NCBI GenBank assembly: GCA_963762115.1
Contig: CAVXJH010000003.1
Span: 416,001-480,000, forward strand
Direction: 5' to 3'
Origin: Candidatus Babeliales bacterium
Lineage (GTDB): Bacteria; Babelota; Babeliae; Babelales; JANWKD01
DNA: 64,000 nucleotides
Each line of letters starts with the position of its first letter. Position 1 is the first letter of the stretch. Below, piece by piece: positions 51,980 to 62,724 of this stretch. Below the pieces are notes generated by a model. That model saw only the letters and a list, made by a program, of their open reading frames with translations. It had not been told where the DNA came from and made no database searches. Made by a program: the position numbers and the translations under genes.

Positions 51980-54217
51980 ATGAAAAAATTATTAATTGTT
52001 GAATCACCCGCAAAAATAAAAACAATCTCGAAGTTCCTTGGTAAGGATTTCAAGATTATGTCAACGATTGGCCATATCAAAGATTTACCGCCAAAAGAAA
52101 TTGGTGTTTCTATCGGCGATGGCATTGATATTCATTATGTGGTGTTAGATAAAAAACAAAAAGTAATAAATGATATCTGCAAAGAAGCAAAAACTTGCGA
52201 TGAAATCTTTTTAGCTCCTGATCCTGACAGAGAAGGTGAAATTATTGCTTGGCATATTAGTAATGAAATTGAAAAAGTAGTTAAAGATCCCTCCATAATT
52301 CATCGCATTACTTTTAATGAAATTACTAAAACAGCAATAACTGAAGCCATTGCACATCCTTCAACCATTGATATGGAAAAAGTTGCCGCACAACAAGCAC
52401 GACGAGTACTTGATCGATGGGTAGGCTATGAAGTTTCTCCTATATTATGGCGCAAAATAGCAAAAGGTCTTTCTGCCGGCCGTGTTCAATCGGTAGCACT
52501 CAAGCTCATTTGTGATCGCGAAGAATCAATTCGACAATTTAAACCAGAAGAATATTGGTCTATTCACGCATTATTTGTTGATGAAGTTGCAAAACTTAAT
52601 GCTCCGCTCACTCATATTAAGAAGAAGAAAGCTGAAATTCACACAGAAGCTGAAGCAAAAAAAATTACTGATGATTTAAAAAAATCTTCATACGTTATTG
52701 AATCCATAGAAGATAAACAACGCACCAAAAATCCGCTTCCCCCCTTCATGACAAGTAGTTTGCAACAAGCGGCGTTTAATCGGCTTGGATTTTCAGTAAA
52801 AAAAACAATGCAGGTTGCCCAAAATTTATATGAAGGTATTCCGTTAGAAGATGCGTCAACACCAGTTGCTCTTATAACCTATATGCGAACCGATTCGCTA
52901 CGGTTATCTGATACAGCGCTCAAACAAGCTCGCACTTTTATTACTCAGGAATATGGCAAAGATTATCTCCCTTCAAAAGAAAATATCTATGCAAAAGGCG
53001 GCAAAGCACAAGATGCTCACGAAGCAATTAGACCAATTGATAGTGCAATTACTCCGCACTATGCAAAAAAATATTTACCACCTGATGCGGCTAAACTGTA
53101 TGAATTAATTTGGCAACGTTTTATTGCATCTCAAATGAAATCAGCACTTTATGCACAACGACAAGTAACCATCCAAGGTGGGATTTACACCTTTAAAGTT
53201 ACCGGGTCAACACTCTTATTTGATGGATTTTTACGCGTATACGGCATTGATGAAGATGATGAAAAAGAAGAAAAAGTTGTCATTCCGCCATCGCTCAAAG
53301 CAAAAGAAGCTTTGGATATTACTAAAATTACGCCAAAACAACATTTCACTCAGCCTCCAGCTCGATTTACTGAAGCATCATTAGTAAAAGAATTAGAAAA
53401 AGAAGGTATTGGAAGACCAAGTACCTATGCAACAATTCTTTCAGTAATTCGAGCACGTGATTATACAACATTAGATACAAAGAAACGCTTTTTGCCAACA
53501 GAACTTGGGATGACCGTTACCAAAATGCTCACGGATAACTTACCAAAAATTATGAATCAAAAATTCACGGCAGAAATGGAAGAAGATCTTGATAAAATTG
53601 CCCAAGGTACTTTAAAGCGTGATACGTTATTAAAAGAATTTTATAAAAATTTTGAAGTAGACTTAAACACCTTTCGTGGCGAAGCAAAACGCCCTAGTGA
53701 ACCTATCGGCATGAAATGCCCTAAGTGTAATGAACATGAACTTGCTGTTCGCATAGGAAAAACTGGTCACTTTGTCGGTTGTTTGGGCTACCCAGAATGC
53801 ACCTTCACCAGTAATTTTAAACGTAAAGAAGATGGCACCATTGAGTTAGTTGAAACAGAACAAGCAAAAATATTAGATGAAAAATGCCCAACATGCGGAA
53901 GCCCGCTTCGTCAAGTTATTGGTAAATACGGCCCCTTTGTTGCCTGCTCAAGTTATCCAAAATGCAAATACATCAAACAAGTAATAGCAAATTTTCCATG
54001 CCCGCTTGATGGTGGCGATGTTATTCGTCGTCAATGGCGTGGCAGTGTTTTCTGGGGCTGCAGTAATTATCCAAAATGTAAGTTTACCATTTCAGGCGAT
54101 ATTGAAGAAAAACCTTGCCCAAAATGCAAAACGCCTTACTTACTCAAAAAAATGGATAAAGATGGCAACGTCACCTTAACATGTGCCAACAAAGAATGCG
54201 GTTATAAAAGTAATTAA
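51980..54217 (+). CDS. topA: DNA topoisomerase I with C-terminal zinc ribbons
   Basis: IVESPAK, DPDREGE, SAGRVQS, ITYMRTDS, GIGRPST. Confidence 0.99.
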   Translation: MKKLLIVESPAKIKTISKFLGKDFKIMSTIGHIKDLPPKEIGVSIGDGIDIHYVVLDKKQKVINDICKEAKTCDEIFLAPDPDREGEIIAWHISNEIEKVVKDPSIIHRITFNEITKTAITEAIAHPSTIDMEKVAAQQARRVLDRWVGYEVSPILWRKIAKGLSAGRVQSVALKLICDREESIRQFKPEEYWSIHALFVDEVAKLNAPLTHIKKKKAEIHTEAEAKKITDDLKKSSYVIESIEDKQRTKNPLPPFMTSSLQQAAFNRLGFSVKKTMQVAQNLYEGIPLEDASTPVALITYMRTDSLRLSDTALKQARTFITQEYGKDYLPSKENIYAKGGKAQDAHEAIRPIDSAITPHYAKKYLPPDAAKLYELIWQRFIASQMKSALYAQRQVTIQGGIYTFKVTGSTLLFDGFLRVYGIDEDDEKEEKVVIPPSLKAKEALDITKITPKQHFTQPPARFTEASLVKELEKEGIGRPSTYATILSVIRARDYTTLDTKKRFLPTELGMTVTKMLTDNLPKIMNQKFTAEMEEDLDKIAQGTLKRDTLLKEFYKNFEVDLNTFRGEAKRPSEPIGMKCPKCNEHELAVRIGKTGHFVGCLGYPECTFTSNFKRKEDGTIELVETEQAKILDEKCPTCGSPLRQVIGKYGPFVACSSYPKCKYIKQVIANFPCPLDGGDVIRRQWRGSVFWGCSNYPKCKFTISGDIEEKPCPKCKTPYLLKKMDKDGNVTLTCANKECGYKSN

Positions 54218-54777
54218 TTTTTGCTTATTCGGTCGGGATTTTTTAAAGCTTTATGCAACGTCATTTCACGCTTCAGTTGATCAGTAATTATACTTTTAAA
54301 AAATATTGATTTGTATAATTTTTTAACACCTGAATACATGTATGATGATCCAAAAAAAATACTTCCCCAAGAAAGACCTTGGCCCACCAACAACAAATAA
54401 TTACTCTGTGGTTTATTTCTCATATCTAACACGTTATGTAATCCCAAACCAAAAAGAACTGTTCCAAGACATAGATGCTTTAAACCTTGTCCCCCTTTTT
54501 TTAGTGCATCACCGCAATCTCGTTTTAATTCTAAATTCTGCTCTCGAGCTGACACGTCGGTTACTAAATCATTAACAAATGCCGTTCCTTGCTGAACTAA
54601 TTCGTCATACCCACTTTTAAATAATGAACTATCAACAGAATATCTTTCGTTGCCTTTATTTGATCGTTCTTTGTGCACAAAAGCTTGGAATTGTCTATGC
54701 CGTTTTGAACATTTTTTAGCATCAACAGTATTCATGAGACAACATAAACTTATCATTAAAAAAAATATTCGATTCAT
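54214..54777 (-). CDS. Secreted/two-TM hypothetical protein
   Basis: Signal peptide from ATG 54777 (MNRIFF...VDA). Confidence 0.65.
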   Translation of the reverse strand: MNRIFFLMISLCCLMNTVDAKKCSKRHRQFQAFVHKERSNKGNERYSVDSSLFKSGYDELVQQGTAFVNDLVTDVSAREQNLELKRDCGDALKKGGQGLKHLCLGTVLFGLGLHNVLDMRNKPQSNYLLLVGQGLSWGSIFFGSSYMYSGVKKLYKSIFFKSIITDQLKREMTLHKALKNPDRISKN

Positions 54778-54857
54778 AAAAAACCTTGTTATTATACCAT
54801 TAAAATATACATTATAATTATAGTAAAAAATAAAAAAATATAATACGTTATTGAACC

Positions 54858-55484
54858 ATGAATGAAAATATTTCAAAAGAATACATTGCACAATTTTTAC
54901 CACCCAACCCCATTATTATTGAAGCTGGTGCACACATCGGCCGCGACACAAAAAAAATGGCACGGCAATGGCCCAATGCTCATATTCATGCTTTTGAACC
55001 AGTTCCTGCATTATTTGAAATACTAAAAAAAAATACTGCTTCATATCCTAATGTTATTTGTTATCCCTATGCATTGAGCAGTAACAATGGCACATCTCAG
55101 TTTTATGTCAGCAGCGGTCGATCAACGGCAACAAGTTCACTATTAGCGCCAAAAGAATATCTTAAAGAACACCCTACAACATTTTTTGAAAAAGTCAGCG
55201 TCCAAACCATAACTCTTGATACATGGGCAGAAAAATATGCCATTCCTCATATTGATTTTATGTGGCTCGACATGCAAGGCGGTGAACTTGCAGCACTACA
55301 AGCAGGAACAAATCTCTTAAAAAAAGTACGTGTTATTTATACTGAAGTTAGTTTTATTGAGCGCTATGAACATAACCCTCTTTATCCGCTCGTTAAAAAT
55401 TGGTTAGAACAACAAGGTTTTTCAATACAAAAAAAAGAATTTAGAACGCCTGCATGGGGCAATGTTCTTTTTATCAAACAATAA
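54858..55484 (+). CDS. FkbM-family methyltransferase
   Basis: IEAGAHIG, FEPVP, TLD, IDFMWLDMQGGE, YTEV. Confidence 0.92.
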   Translation: MNENISKEYIAQFLPPNPIIIEAGAHIGRDTKKMARQWPNAHIHAFEPVPALFEILKKNTASYPNVICYPYALSSNNGTSQFYVSSGRSTATSSLLAPKEYLKEHPTTFFEKVSVQTITLDTWAEKYAIPHIDFMWLDMQGGELAALQAGTNLLKKVRVIYTEVSFIERYEHNPLYPLVKNWLEQQGFSIQKKEFRTPAWGNVLFIKQ

Positions 55485-55559
55485 AAATAAAATTGCAAAA
55501 ATATCCGGATTGTTTTATTTTTACAGCAATTACCACAATACAATAACATAGGAACGCAT

Positions 55560-55808
55560 ATGAATCTGAAAAAAATATTGTATCTTCCCTTATACGGATT
55601 CATTTTTATGTTTTCTTTGGATGCTATGCATCAACGAAAAATAACTAATACTATAACAAAAAAAACAAAAGAATTAGCCGATTTAAACAAAAAAACCGAC
55701 TCAGAATGTTTGCAATTTCTAGGACAACTAAATTGTCTCAATTGTTGCTGCAATGGTACATTTTATGGTATTATTTCATTATTAAAAATCCCATCACAAC
55801 TTCAGTAA
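55560..55808 (+). CDS. Small secreted Cys-cluster protein (A|MHQ leader)
   Basis: AGGA RBS; basic stretch then CLNCCCNG and hydrophobic tail. Confidence 0.6.
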   Translation: MNLKKILYLPLYGFIFMFSLDAMHQRKITNTITKKTKELADLNKKTDSECLQFLGQLNCLNCCCNGTFYGIISLLKIPSQLQ

Positions 55809-55823
55809 CAAGCGAAAGATAGT

Positions 55824-56159
55824 ATGAAAACAAAAAAAATTATTTTATTATTATCAATCATGATTCTTCAGTTTTTTTCTCACATTGATTGCATGCAACA
55901 ACGAAAAAAATCTCCAAAAGACAATCAATTAACAGCAAGACAAATAAATAATAAAGAAAAAAGAAAACACAGACGTCAACAAGAAAAAGACTACTTAAAA
56001 CAAGTAGAAAAAAATGAAACTGCATGTGACCCTCTCTGTTGTCTTATATGCCCTATAGCTAATTGTGGAGTCTTTGTTGTAATGGGCTTACTAGGTTGTG
56101 CAGAATATTTACAAACAAATGATATAACAAATAATCTATTTAATGGAACACAATCATAA
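55824..56159 (+). CDS. Small secreted Cys-cluster protein (C|MQQ leader)
   Basis: Polybasic stretch then CDPLCCLICPIANC and hydrophobic helix. Confidence 0.65.
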   Translation: MKTKKIILLLSIMILQFFSHIDCMQQRKKSPKDNQLTARQINNKEKRKHRRQQEKDYLKQVEKNETACDPLCCLICPIANCGVFVVMGLLGCAEYLQTNDITNNLFNGTQS

Positions 56160-56222
56160 CAGCAAGTAATATCAATAACAAAACACAAAATAATATTTTT
56201 ACTCTGTTTACTATTACCAAAT

Positions 56223-58142
56223 TCATATGTCCATTCCGTGAGATTCTAATTTTGTTTTAATACGTTCTTGGGCAACAAGTTTTTTTGTTGTCCTTAATTT
56301 TTTACTTGCACGTTTATTACCATACCCATCTGCGATAAAACAATCTTCAATGACAAATTCTAAATCTGATACCACCGTAAATAACGGTTGATGTTCATAA
56401 TAAAGAATTATATTCCCTCCTGCGTGCATTGGTTGCAAAGCAGCATCTACCATAAAATTCCAACACCACATTTCTTCTTTTTGTGGAGTATCAGTTTCAT
56501 ACCAATCTTCAATAATAATTGATGTATCCTGAGAAGAAATAGTAATAGTACGAAATGCTGTTATTCCAAGCGTTTCATACAACGTATGATGTGTGTATAT
56601 ACTCATATCAGTCGCATTCTTTTCCCAATCATCGCAAAATTGTTGTTCTTTCATTGATAAGGCAAAAAGACGATCATCAACGGGAATTAAATCTTGATCT
56701 TTTAAATACCATGTTGAATGCGATTCTACACCTCTAAAGTAATTACGCCATAGTGTTGATGGTGTATAAAGATAACTACCCGAATCAACAAAAATTGGTA
56801 TTCCTTGATATGATAAGGTAATACTCCCAACATCTGCATGAAAATGACCCGAAGGCTGTCTAGCAGCATACACATGATGTCGCAAAGTGCTATGCCATTT
56901 TTCTGTTTTTAAAATAGAAAGTCCAAACTCTTTATAATGCATCACTGGTGCAAAAGTATATTGTTTAGAACGATCATCAATAAGTTCTTTTGTAATACCA
57001 TAAAAAAGAATTTTCCCTGAATCATCATCACCAATATGCACGAGACTACCATGCTGTGGCGTACAATTTTTAATAAAACCAAACATTTTATCCAAAATTG
57101 CTTGAAAAGATGATGGTAAAAAAAATCCCATTTTTTTTGCTAAATATTCAAAATGAAAAAAAATCTCTGTAACAAGTTTATGATAATATGTTGAACCTTC
57201 ATAATCAGTTCCCTCAAAAAAAACTTGCTTTTCAAATTCTTGTAATAGTTCTTGATAACACCAAGCTGCTTTTTTTTGTATGATTTCTTGATCATAAAAA
57301 ATAAAACAAAGATAAAAATAACCAATTAAATCTGAAAGATAATGATTCGATGTACGAAAATCATACACTTCCCAATTATGCTCAAGATAAAAAAGATGAT
57401 CATATAAAACACAACTATAGTTTTGCCAAAAATCATCTGATAATGCCTGTTTAAAAAAAGTATATGCCCACACTAAATTCACCGCGCGAATACCAACATC
57501 CATGGGGCAAGCCCAATGAGCCCCCAACAAAAAAGGATTATTGCGATGCCAATCTAAAAATTGTTGCTCAAATGCCGTCACATACTGTTGATCATTCGTC
57601 ATTTGATAGGCATACCCGAGCACAAAAAAATGCTGTAAACGAGAAAGTTCCCACGGAACTTTTATATCTTTTATGGGTTGTGCGGTTGTTCCCGCTTTGA
57701 TAATAAAATCTTTATAATAAAGGTTAGGATCGAAAAAAACATCCGCATCTTGCTTGTCTTGTTGCAATCTAAAATCACTATGCCACGGTATTGCATCAAA
57801 AGTAATTTTACCTGAGCCAAGAAGATCAAAAGAACATGCCACAAATTCATCAGCTTGTTTGCATACAATTTCTTTTGAAGGCATAGTATGCATATCATGA
57901 ACGGCAAAATCTAGTCGTTTTTGACTATTCTTTTGCCATTCATAAAAATTTTCTTGTATATTTAAATGTTGTATAACAGCTGCCCACGTATGATGCGCAT
58001 TTTTTTGTGCCGCCTTGGTTCGCCAATAACGATCAAATTGTTTGTCTTTATATCGATTATGCGCAATCTTAATCGTTTGCAATAACCCCAATTGATAAGC
58101 ACGCTGAGCATAATGTTTAATTTTTTTAAGCTCCACTACCAT
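56223..58142 (-). CDS. Heparinase II/III-like protein
   Basis: DIKVPWELSRLQH, SNHYLSD, EGSTYYH, IGDDDSG, GHFHAD, DSGSYLY. Confidence 0.9.
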   Translation of the reverse strand: MVVELKKIKHYAQRAYQLGLLQTIKIAHNRYKDKQFDRYWRTKAAQKNAHHTWAAVIQHLNIQENFYEWQKNSQKRLDFAVHDMHTMPSKEIVCKQADEFVACSFDLLGSGKITFDAIPWHSDFRLQQDKQDADVFFDPNLYYKDFIIKAGTTAQPIKDIKVPWELSRLQHFFVLGYAYQMTNDQQYVTAFEQQFLDWHRNNPFLLGAHWACPMDVGIRAVNLVWAYTFFKQALSDDFWQNYSCVLYDHLFYLEHNWEVYDFRTSNHYLSDLIGYFYLCFIFYDQEIIQKKAAWCYQELLQEFEKQVFFEGTDYEGSTYYHKLVTEIFFHFEYLAKKMGFFLPSSFQAILDKMFGFIKNCTPQHGSLVHIGDDDSGKILFYGITKELIDDRSKQYTFAPVMHYKEFGLSILKTEKWHSTLRHHVYAARQPSGHFHADVGSITLSYQGIPIFVDSGSYLYTPSTLWRNYFRGVESHSTWYLKDQDLIPVDDRLFALSMKEQQFCDDWEKNATDMSIYTHHTLYETLGITAFRTITISSQDTSIIIEDWYETDTPQKEEMWCWNFMVDAALQPMHAGGNIILYYEHQPLFTVVSDLEFVIEDCFIADGYGNKRASKKLRTTKKLVAQERIKTKLESHGMDI

Positions 58143-58162
58143 TTCCCTTTTTTTTTAGTTCT

Positions 58163-60100
58163 TTATTTCAATCGTGTGCCGTTAGGAACAACATTTTGAA
58201 CACAAACTAATTGTAAGGCACCTTGCGCATCAGTTGCTGTTAAAATCATACCCTGTGATTCAAAACCCATCATGGCTCGTGGTTTCAAATTAAAAACAAA
58301 GACGTGCTGTTTTCCTACTAATTGCTCAGGGGTGAAAGACTGTTTTATACCGCTTAAAATTTGTCGCACACCGTGCTCGCCAAAATTAACCTGTAACTTA
58401 TACAGCTTTTCTGATTTAGGAATTGGTTCACACTGCTCAATTGTGCCAATACGCAGTTCAACACGAGACAAATGTTCAATATCAATAGCATCTTGATCAA
58501 TCACGTTATTTTCCTTATTTTCTTGTTGTTCATCTTTTTTTGGTTCTGGTTTAATAAAAAGTGTTGGAATTTTTTTCAATACAAATGATCTTTGCCAAGA
58601 AGTGTTTTCAAGCTCTATAATATAATTTGTTGTATCAATTGAAATGTTTGTTCCTAAACTTGATAAAAGACGTTCCATGCTTTGCGGCATAACTGGCCAC
58701 ACCAATAATGCAATACCATATAAACTATGACATGTTGCCGCCACCACTTCCTTAAATTTTTGCTCATCTGATTTTGCTAATTTCCATGGTTCATGAGCAT
58801 GAAAAAAAGCATTTGTTTGCGCTACATATTTCCAAATAGAGGCGAGCGCCATATGCAAAGCATACTCGTGCATATATGATTTCATCTCACTCAACATAGC
58901 TTGAAATGCTTTTTGTAACGCTATAGCATCAGCTGACCAATGCTCAGAAACATTAACAACCGTGAGATTATTTTTTTCTGCCAATGCTGTCATACGATTA
59001 AGTAAATTTCCTAAGTCGTTTGCTAAATCTGCGGTAATACGTTGCTCAAGATCATGAATTGAAAAATTAGTATCTTGATTGATCGACATTTGACGCATCA
59101 AATAATACCGTACTGCATCAGCACCATAGGCAGTATATAAATCTTCCGGATCAACAACATTGCCTAACGATTTCGACATCTTTTGTTCATCTATTTTAAT
59201 CCATCCGTGCACCAAAAGTTGTTTTGGTAAGGCCAATCCTGATGCCATCAAAAATGCTGGCCAATACACGGCATGAAAACGAATAATATCTTTACCCAAA
59301 ATATGCAAATCAGCGGGCCACCAATAGTTAAATTCTTTTTCCTTTCCTGGTTGTGCATAGCCAACAGCAGTAATATAATTATTCAATGCATCAGCCCATA
59401 CATACGTAACATGCTTACTATCACCAGGAAAAGGAATGCCCCATGAAATGGTTGTTCTTGAAATACTTAAATCGCGAAGACCGTCTTTCACAAAATTAAT
59501 TACTTCATGAGCACGTTCTTTAGGCACAATAAAATGTGGGTTATCACGATAAAGTTGTAATAATTTTTCTTGATAGGCGGATAATTTAAAAAAATATGAT
59601 TCTTCTGAAAGATAAACGGTATCACGTGAACACGTCGGACACAAGGGACCTTTTTGCTCTAATGCAACTGTTTCATCCGATTTTTCAGTGACAAATGATT
59701 CACAAGGAGTGCAATACCATCCTTGATAGAATGCTTTATAAATATCACCCTTATCTAACAACTTTTGCAGCCACATTTGTACCGCTTTTATATGACTTTC
59801 GTCAGTAGTACGAATAAAATGAGTATAGGCTAATTCATAGTCATGCCATACCCTTTTATATGCATCAATAAAACCATCGACAAAATCTTTTGGGGTTTTA
59901 CCAACTGCAGCTGCTACTTGCGCAATTTTTTGACCATGCTCATCAGTACCCGTCAAAAAAAAGACATTATTATTTTGCAAGCGATGCCATCGTGCAATAA
60001 CATCAGCAAGTAAAGTGGAATATAAAGACCCAAGATGTGGTTTTGCTGTAACATAATAAATGGGAGTGGTAACATAAAATTTATTTTTTGGACTATTCAT
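58163..60100 (-). CDS. metG: Methionine--tRNA ligase with C-terminal tRNA-binding domain
   Basis: HLGS (HIGH), GTDEHG, YVWADAL, KMSKS, C-terminal SQGMIL. Confidence 0.99.
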   Translation of the reverse strand: MNSPKNKFYVTTPIYYVTAKPHLGSLYSTLLADVIARWHRLQNNNVFFLTGTDEHGQKIAQVAAAVGKTPKDFVDGFIDAYKRVWHDYELAYTHFIRTTDESHIKAVQMWLQKLLDKGDIYKAFYQGWYCTPCESFVTEKSDETVALEQKGPLCPTCSRDTVYLSEESYFFKLSAYQEKLLQLYRDNPHFIVPKERAHEVINFVKDGLRDLSISRTTISWGIPFPGDSKHVTYVWADALNNYITAVGYAQPGKEKEFNYWWPADLHILGKDIIRFHAVYWPAFLMASGLALPKQLLVHGWIKIDEQKMSKSLGNVVDPEDLYTAYGADAVRYYLMRQMSINQDTNFSIHDLEQRITADLANDLGNLLNRMTALAEKNNLTVVNVSEHWSADAIALQKAFQAMLSEMKSYMHEYALHMALASIWKYVAQTNAFFHAHEPWKLAKSDEQKFKEVVAATCHSLYGIALLVWPVMPQSMERLLSSLGTNISIDTTNYIIELENTSWQRSFVLKKIPTLFIKPEPKKDEQQENKENNVIDQDAIDIEHLSRVELRIGTIEQCEPIPKSEKLYKLQVNFGEHGVRQILSGIKQSFTPEQLVGKQHVFVFNLKPRAMMGFESQGMILTATDAQGALQLVCVQNVVPNGTRLK

Positions 60101-60203
60101 TGATCTTCTTTAAGAGTAAAAATGTCTTTTTTAATACTTCTCCTTAAGAATAAAACAAAAGTCATATTCATGCAAAAAGCATGCAAATAAGAATTTTATT
60201 TAT

Positions 60204-60240
60204 AAAGCAACAGGCCCCTATTTCTAGGAGCCTGTTGCTT
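60204..60240 (-). terminator. Terminator of beta-barrel gene
   Basis: aagcaacaggc...gcctgttgctt. Confidence 0.75.
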
Positions 60241-60296
60241 AGGTATTGTCTATTTTTGATGTAAAAATAGTGTTTTTTTATCTTAGAGTAAACTCA

Positions 60297-62129
60297 TTAA
60301 AAATACACTTCTGCGCCCAAGTACCATGCTGATAGTTTAGGTGCATTTTTACCTGCTACAGCATGGTTAAAGCCACCGAAGAGCTGCCATGAACATGCTT
60401 GATAGAACAATTCACCTTTGATGGTGTGAGCAACTTGCTTGGTGCGAGTTTCAAGCACACTTGCATCTAAAGTATTGGTGTTACCAAGTAAATCAACCGC
60501 GGTTGTTTGTGCAAATTTAATTTTATCACTGCGTTTAACATATGGTTGATAACCAACATCAACTCCCAATTCTGGACAAATACAAGGAACCATGAAGGTT
60601 ATGTCAACATCACCGACAAAATATTGCCATGAAACTTTAGCATCGATTGTAGGTCCGATATTCTTAACCGTTGCACCCATGAATGAAGCTGCAACTCTTT
60701 CTTTTCTGTTGAGTGCCCAATTATAGAATCCATCGATTTTGATTGCCATCCAATCAAATGGTTTCCAACCAAGGAATCCACCGATTTTAACTTCAAAGTG
60801 TCTGTTGTTACCACGTGAGACCAACAAGAGCAAGTTAGGTGAGTTATCGCGTTTTGCTGTTGGGAATGTTGCACCGACGATACCTTCAGCAAACCAGTCG
60901 CCCCAACATCCGCAGAAATCACGATGAACATAAGTTTCTAAGAAGAAATCACCAGGACCTGATGTACGTTGTGTGTCGAAGCTAATGCCTGTTGATGTTA
61001 GCAAGTTCACCGCTGATCCATTAGCGAGAATGCCTTCAATAATCGCATTAAATTTCGATTGAATTGCTCCTGCAGGAGGAACAATAGCAAAACCAGTTCC
61101 AGGATTATGTGCCGTTGGAACTACCCACAATGTCGCTTGTTGTGCAGGATTTGCTCCTAAAGGTGTATAAAGGCTTGCTGTTGAATCAAATCTTGCGCGA
61201 CCGCCAGTTGAAAGATTCGTACCAGTAGCATTCAATAATGGTAATCCATCAACATAGGTATTAAATTGATCTAACGTTGCCCCTCCTTCTGTACAATTAG
61301 CAGTTGTAATTGCATTGTCCTCTCGTAACGTAAATGGAGCTGCAGGTTTTTGACCAACAGGAACAGAAACAACTTGAATAGGAGCATCATTAGCTTCTGT
61401 AACGTCAATGCCAGCCATAGTTATTCTATCAGAATTAGCTACATCGGCATAAATAACGAATTTAGTTGGACCATTTACTGCTAATGGTAATGCTGATAGG
61501 AAATCTAAACGATAAGCAAATGCAGCATTAATCAAGGTACGATCAGCAGGAGCAGCAGCACCACTTTCATTACATACCAATTCATTTTCCGAAGCAACAA
61601 ACAAATTATTAACATTTGTTTCTAAATTACAGCATGAATCCAATGCTGTTTTAACATCACGAAATGGAATACGAAGACGTAATCCAACATGCCATTCATC
61701 TTCACAACCAAAACGCTTTTCAAGATTTAACCCAAACCACGCAGTATTTTCTGTATAATCAAAATTAGGGGTAATTTGAATTATACTAGCCAATGGAAAT
61801 AAGGGGCTTACGCTTCCTGGTGAAACAATATTAGCAATAGTGAAAGTATCTTGATCAAAGAAGAGTCCTGATAATGAATCAGTTCTTGTTGTATCTTTGT
61901 TTAAGAATGCTCTATTTGCATGACGGAATTCCCCTGCCATCCAAGGGTTGATCATATCAAACCACCAACACTTGTTACATTCGTTTTCATCAATTGGCGG
62001 TAAAAAAGGGAAATGGCTATAGGCATAACCATATGAAAGCGGACTTGGCTGCAACCATTGTCGTGCCTCTAACTGGCTCAATCCAAGAGCACTTAGTAGT
62101 GTTAAAAATAATAGATTTTGTTTATTCAT
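60297..62129 (-). CDS. Cys-rich putative outer-membrane beta-barrel protein
   Basis: AAGGAG RBS, signal peptide, amphipathic beta-strands, C-terminal WYLGAEVYF. Confidence 0.75.
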   Translation of the reverse strand: MNKQNLLFLTLLSALGLSQLEARQWLQPSPLSYGYAYSHFPFLPPIDENECNKCWWFDMINPWMAGEFRHANRAFLNKDTTRTDSLSGLFFDQDTFTIANIVSPGSVSPLFPLASIIQITPNFDYTENTAWFGLNLEKRFGCEDEWHVGLRLRIPFRDVKTALDSCCNLETNVNNLFVASENELVCNESGAAAPADRTLINAAFAYRLDFLSALPLAVNGPTKFVIYADVANSDRITMAGIDVTEANDAPIQVVSVPVGQKPAAPFTLREDNAITTANCTEGGATLDQFNTYVDGLPLLNATGTNLSTGGRARFDSTASLYTPLGANPAQQATLWVVPTAHNPGTGFAIVPPAGAIQSKFNAIIEGILANGSAVNLLTSTGISFDTQRTSGPGDFFLETYVHRDFCGCWGDWFAEGIVGATFPTAKRDNSPNLLLLVSRGNNRHFEVKIGGFLGWKPFDWMAIKIDGFYNWALNRKERVAASFMGATVKNIGPTIDAKVSWQYFVGDVDITFMVPCICPELGVDVGYQPYVKRSDKIKFAQTTAVDLLGNTNTLDASVLETRTKQVAHTIKGELFYQACSWQLFGGFNHAVAGKNAPKLSAWYLGAEVYF

Positions 62130-62342
62130 AGTTCTCCTTTATGAATAGTGATACATGTACTCTCAAAAAGCATGGTCCATCCATACTCTCTACTTTTCTC
62201 TTTTTGTAATCTAAATAATAAGGCCCCTAAAAAGGAGCCTTGTTGCCGGCATTATCTATTTTTAAGGTAAGAAATAATATTTTTTTATCTAAAAATAACA
62301 TTATTTTCCAATGCATTTTTTGATATATACATAATCTGTTCT

Positions 62343-62702
62343 TCAGTATGATGATAACATACGTTCCATCATTTCCGGCATAACAGCAATAAAAATTATC
62401 GGCAAAGCTTGCATTAAATCTGCATATTGAATAACAGACGAACCGCACGCTAAAGCTTCATAAAAAGCAATAAAGCCCAAAGGCAATTGAGCAAAGGTGT
62501 TTTTTTCTAATGCATCATCAATAATTGCTTTCATAACTGCTTTCAAATCAAATGGTTGCGTCACTTCTGATGCAACCATTTCTTCACAATCATAAGAATC
62601 GAGCGCAAAACAACCGTTCATTACATGAAGCAATATTGCCATGCAAAAAAATGCATTACGTTTTATTACTTTCACTAATGTTATCTGTTGTTTTATCATC
62701 AT
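62343..62702 (-). CDS. Small hypothetical exported protein
   Basis: AAGGA RBS; hydrophobic leader ending CFA. Confidence 0.55.
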   Translation of the reverse strand: MMIKQQITLVKVIKRNAFFCMAILLHVMNGCFALDSYDCEEMVASEVTQPFDLKAVMKAIIDDALEKNTFAQLPLGFIAFYEALACGSSVIQYADLMQALPIIFIAVMPEMMERMLSSY

Positions 62703-62724
62703 CGTTTCCTTATTTAGCAGTTAC

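Noticed and set aside
15609..54903. Track start positions 15609, 27484, 28732, 36422, 47207, 48161, 50235, 54903
   Set aside because: Longest-ORF artefacts; downstream ATGs have an RBS, signal peptide or stop-start coupling
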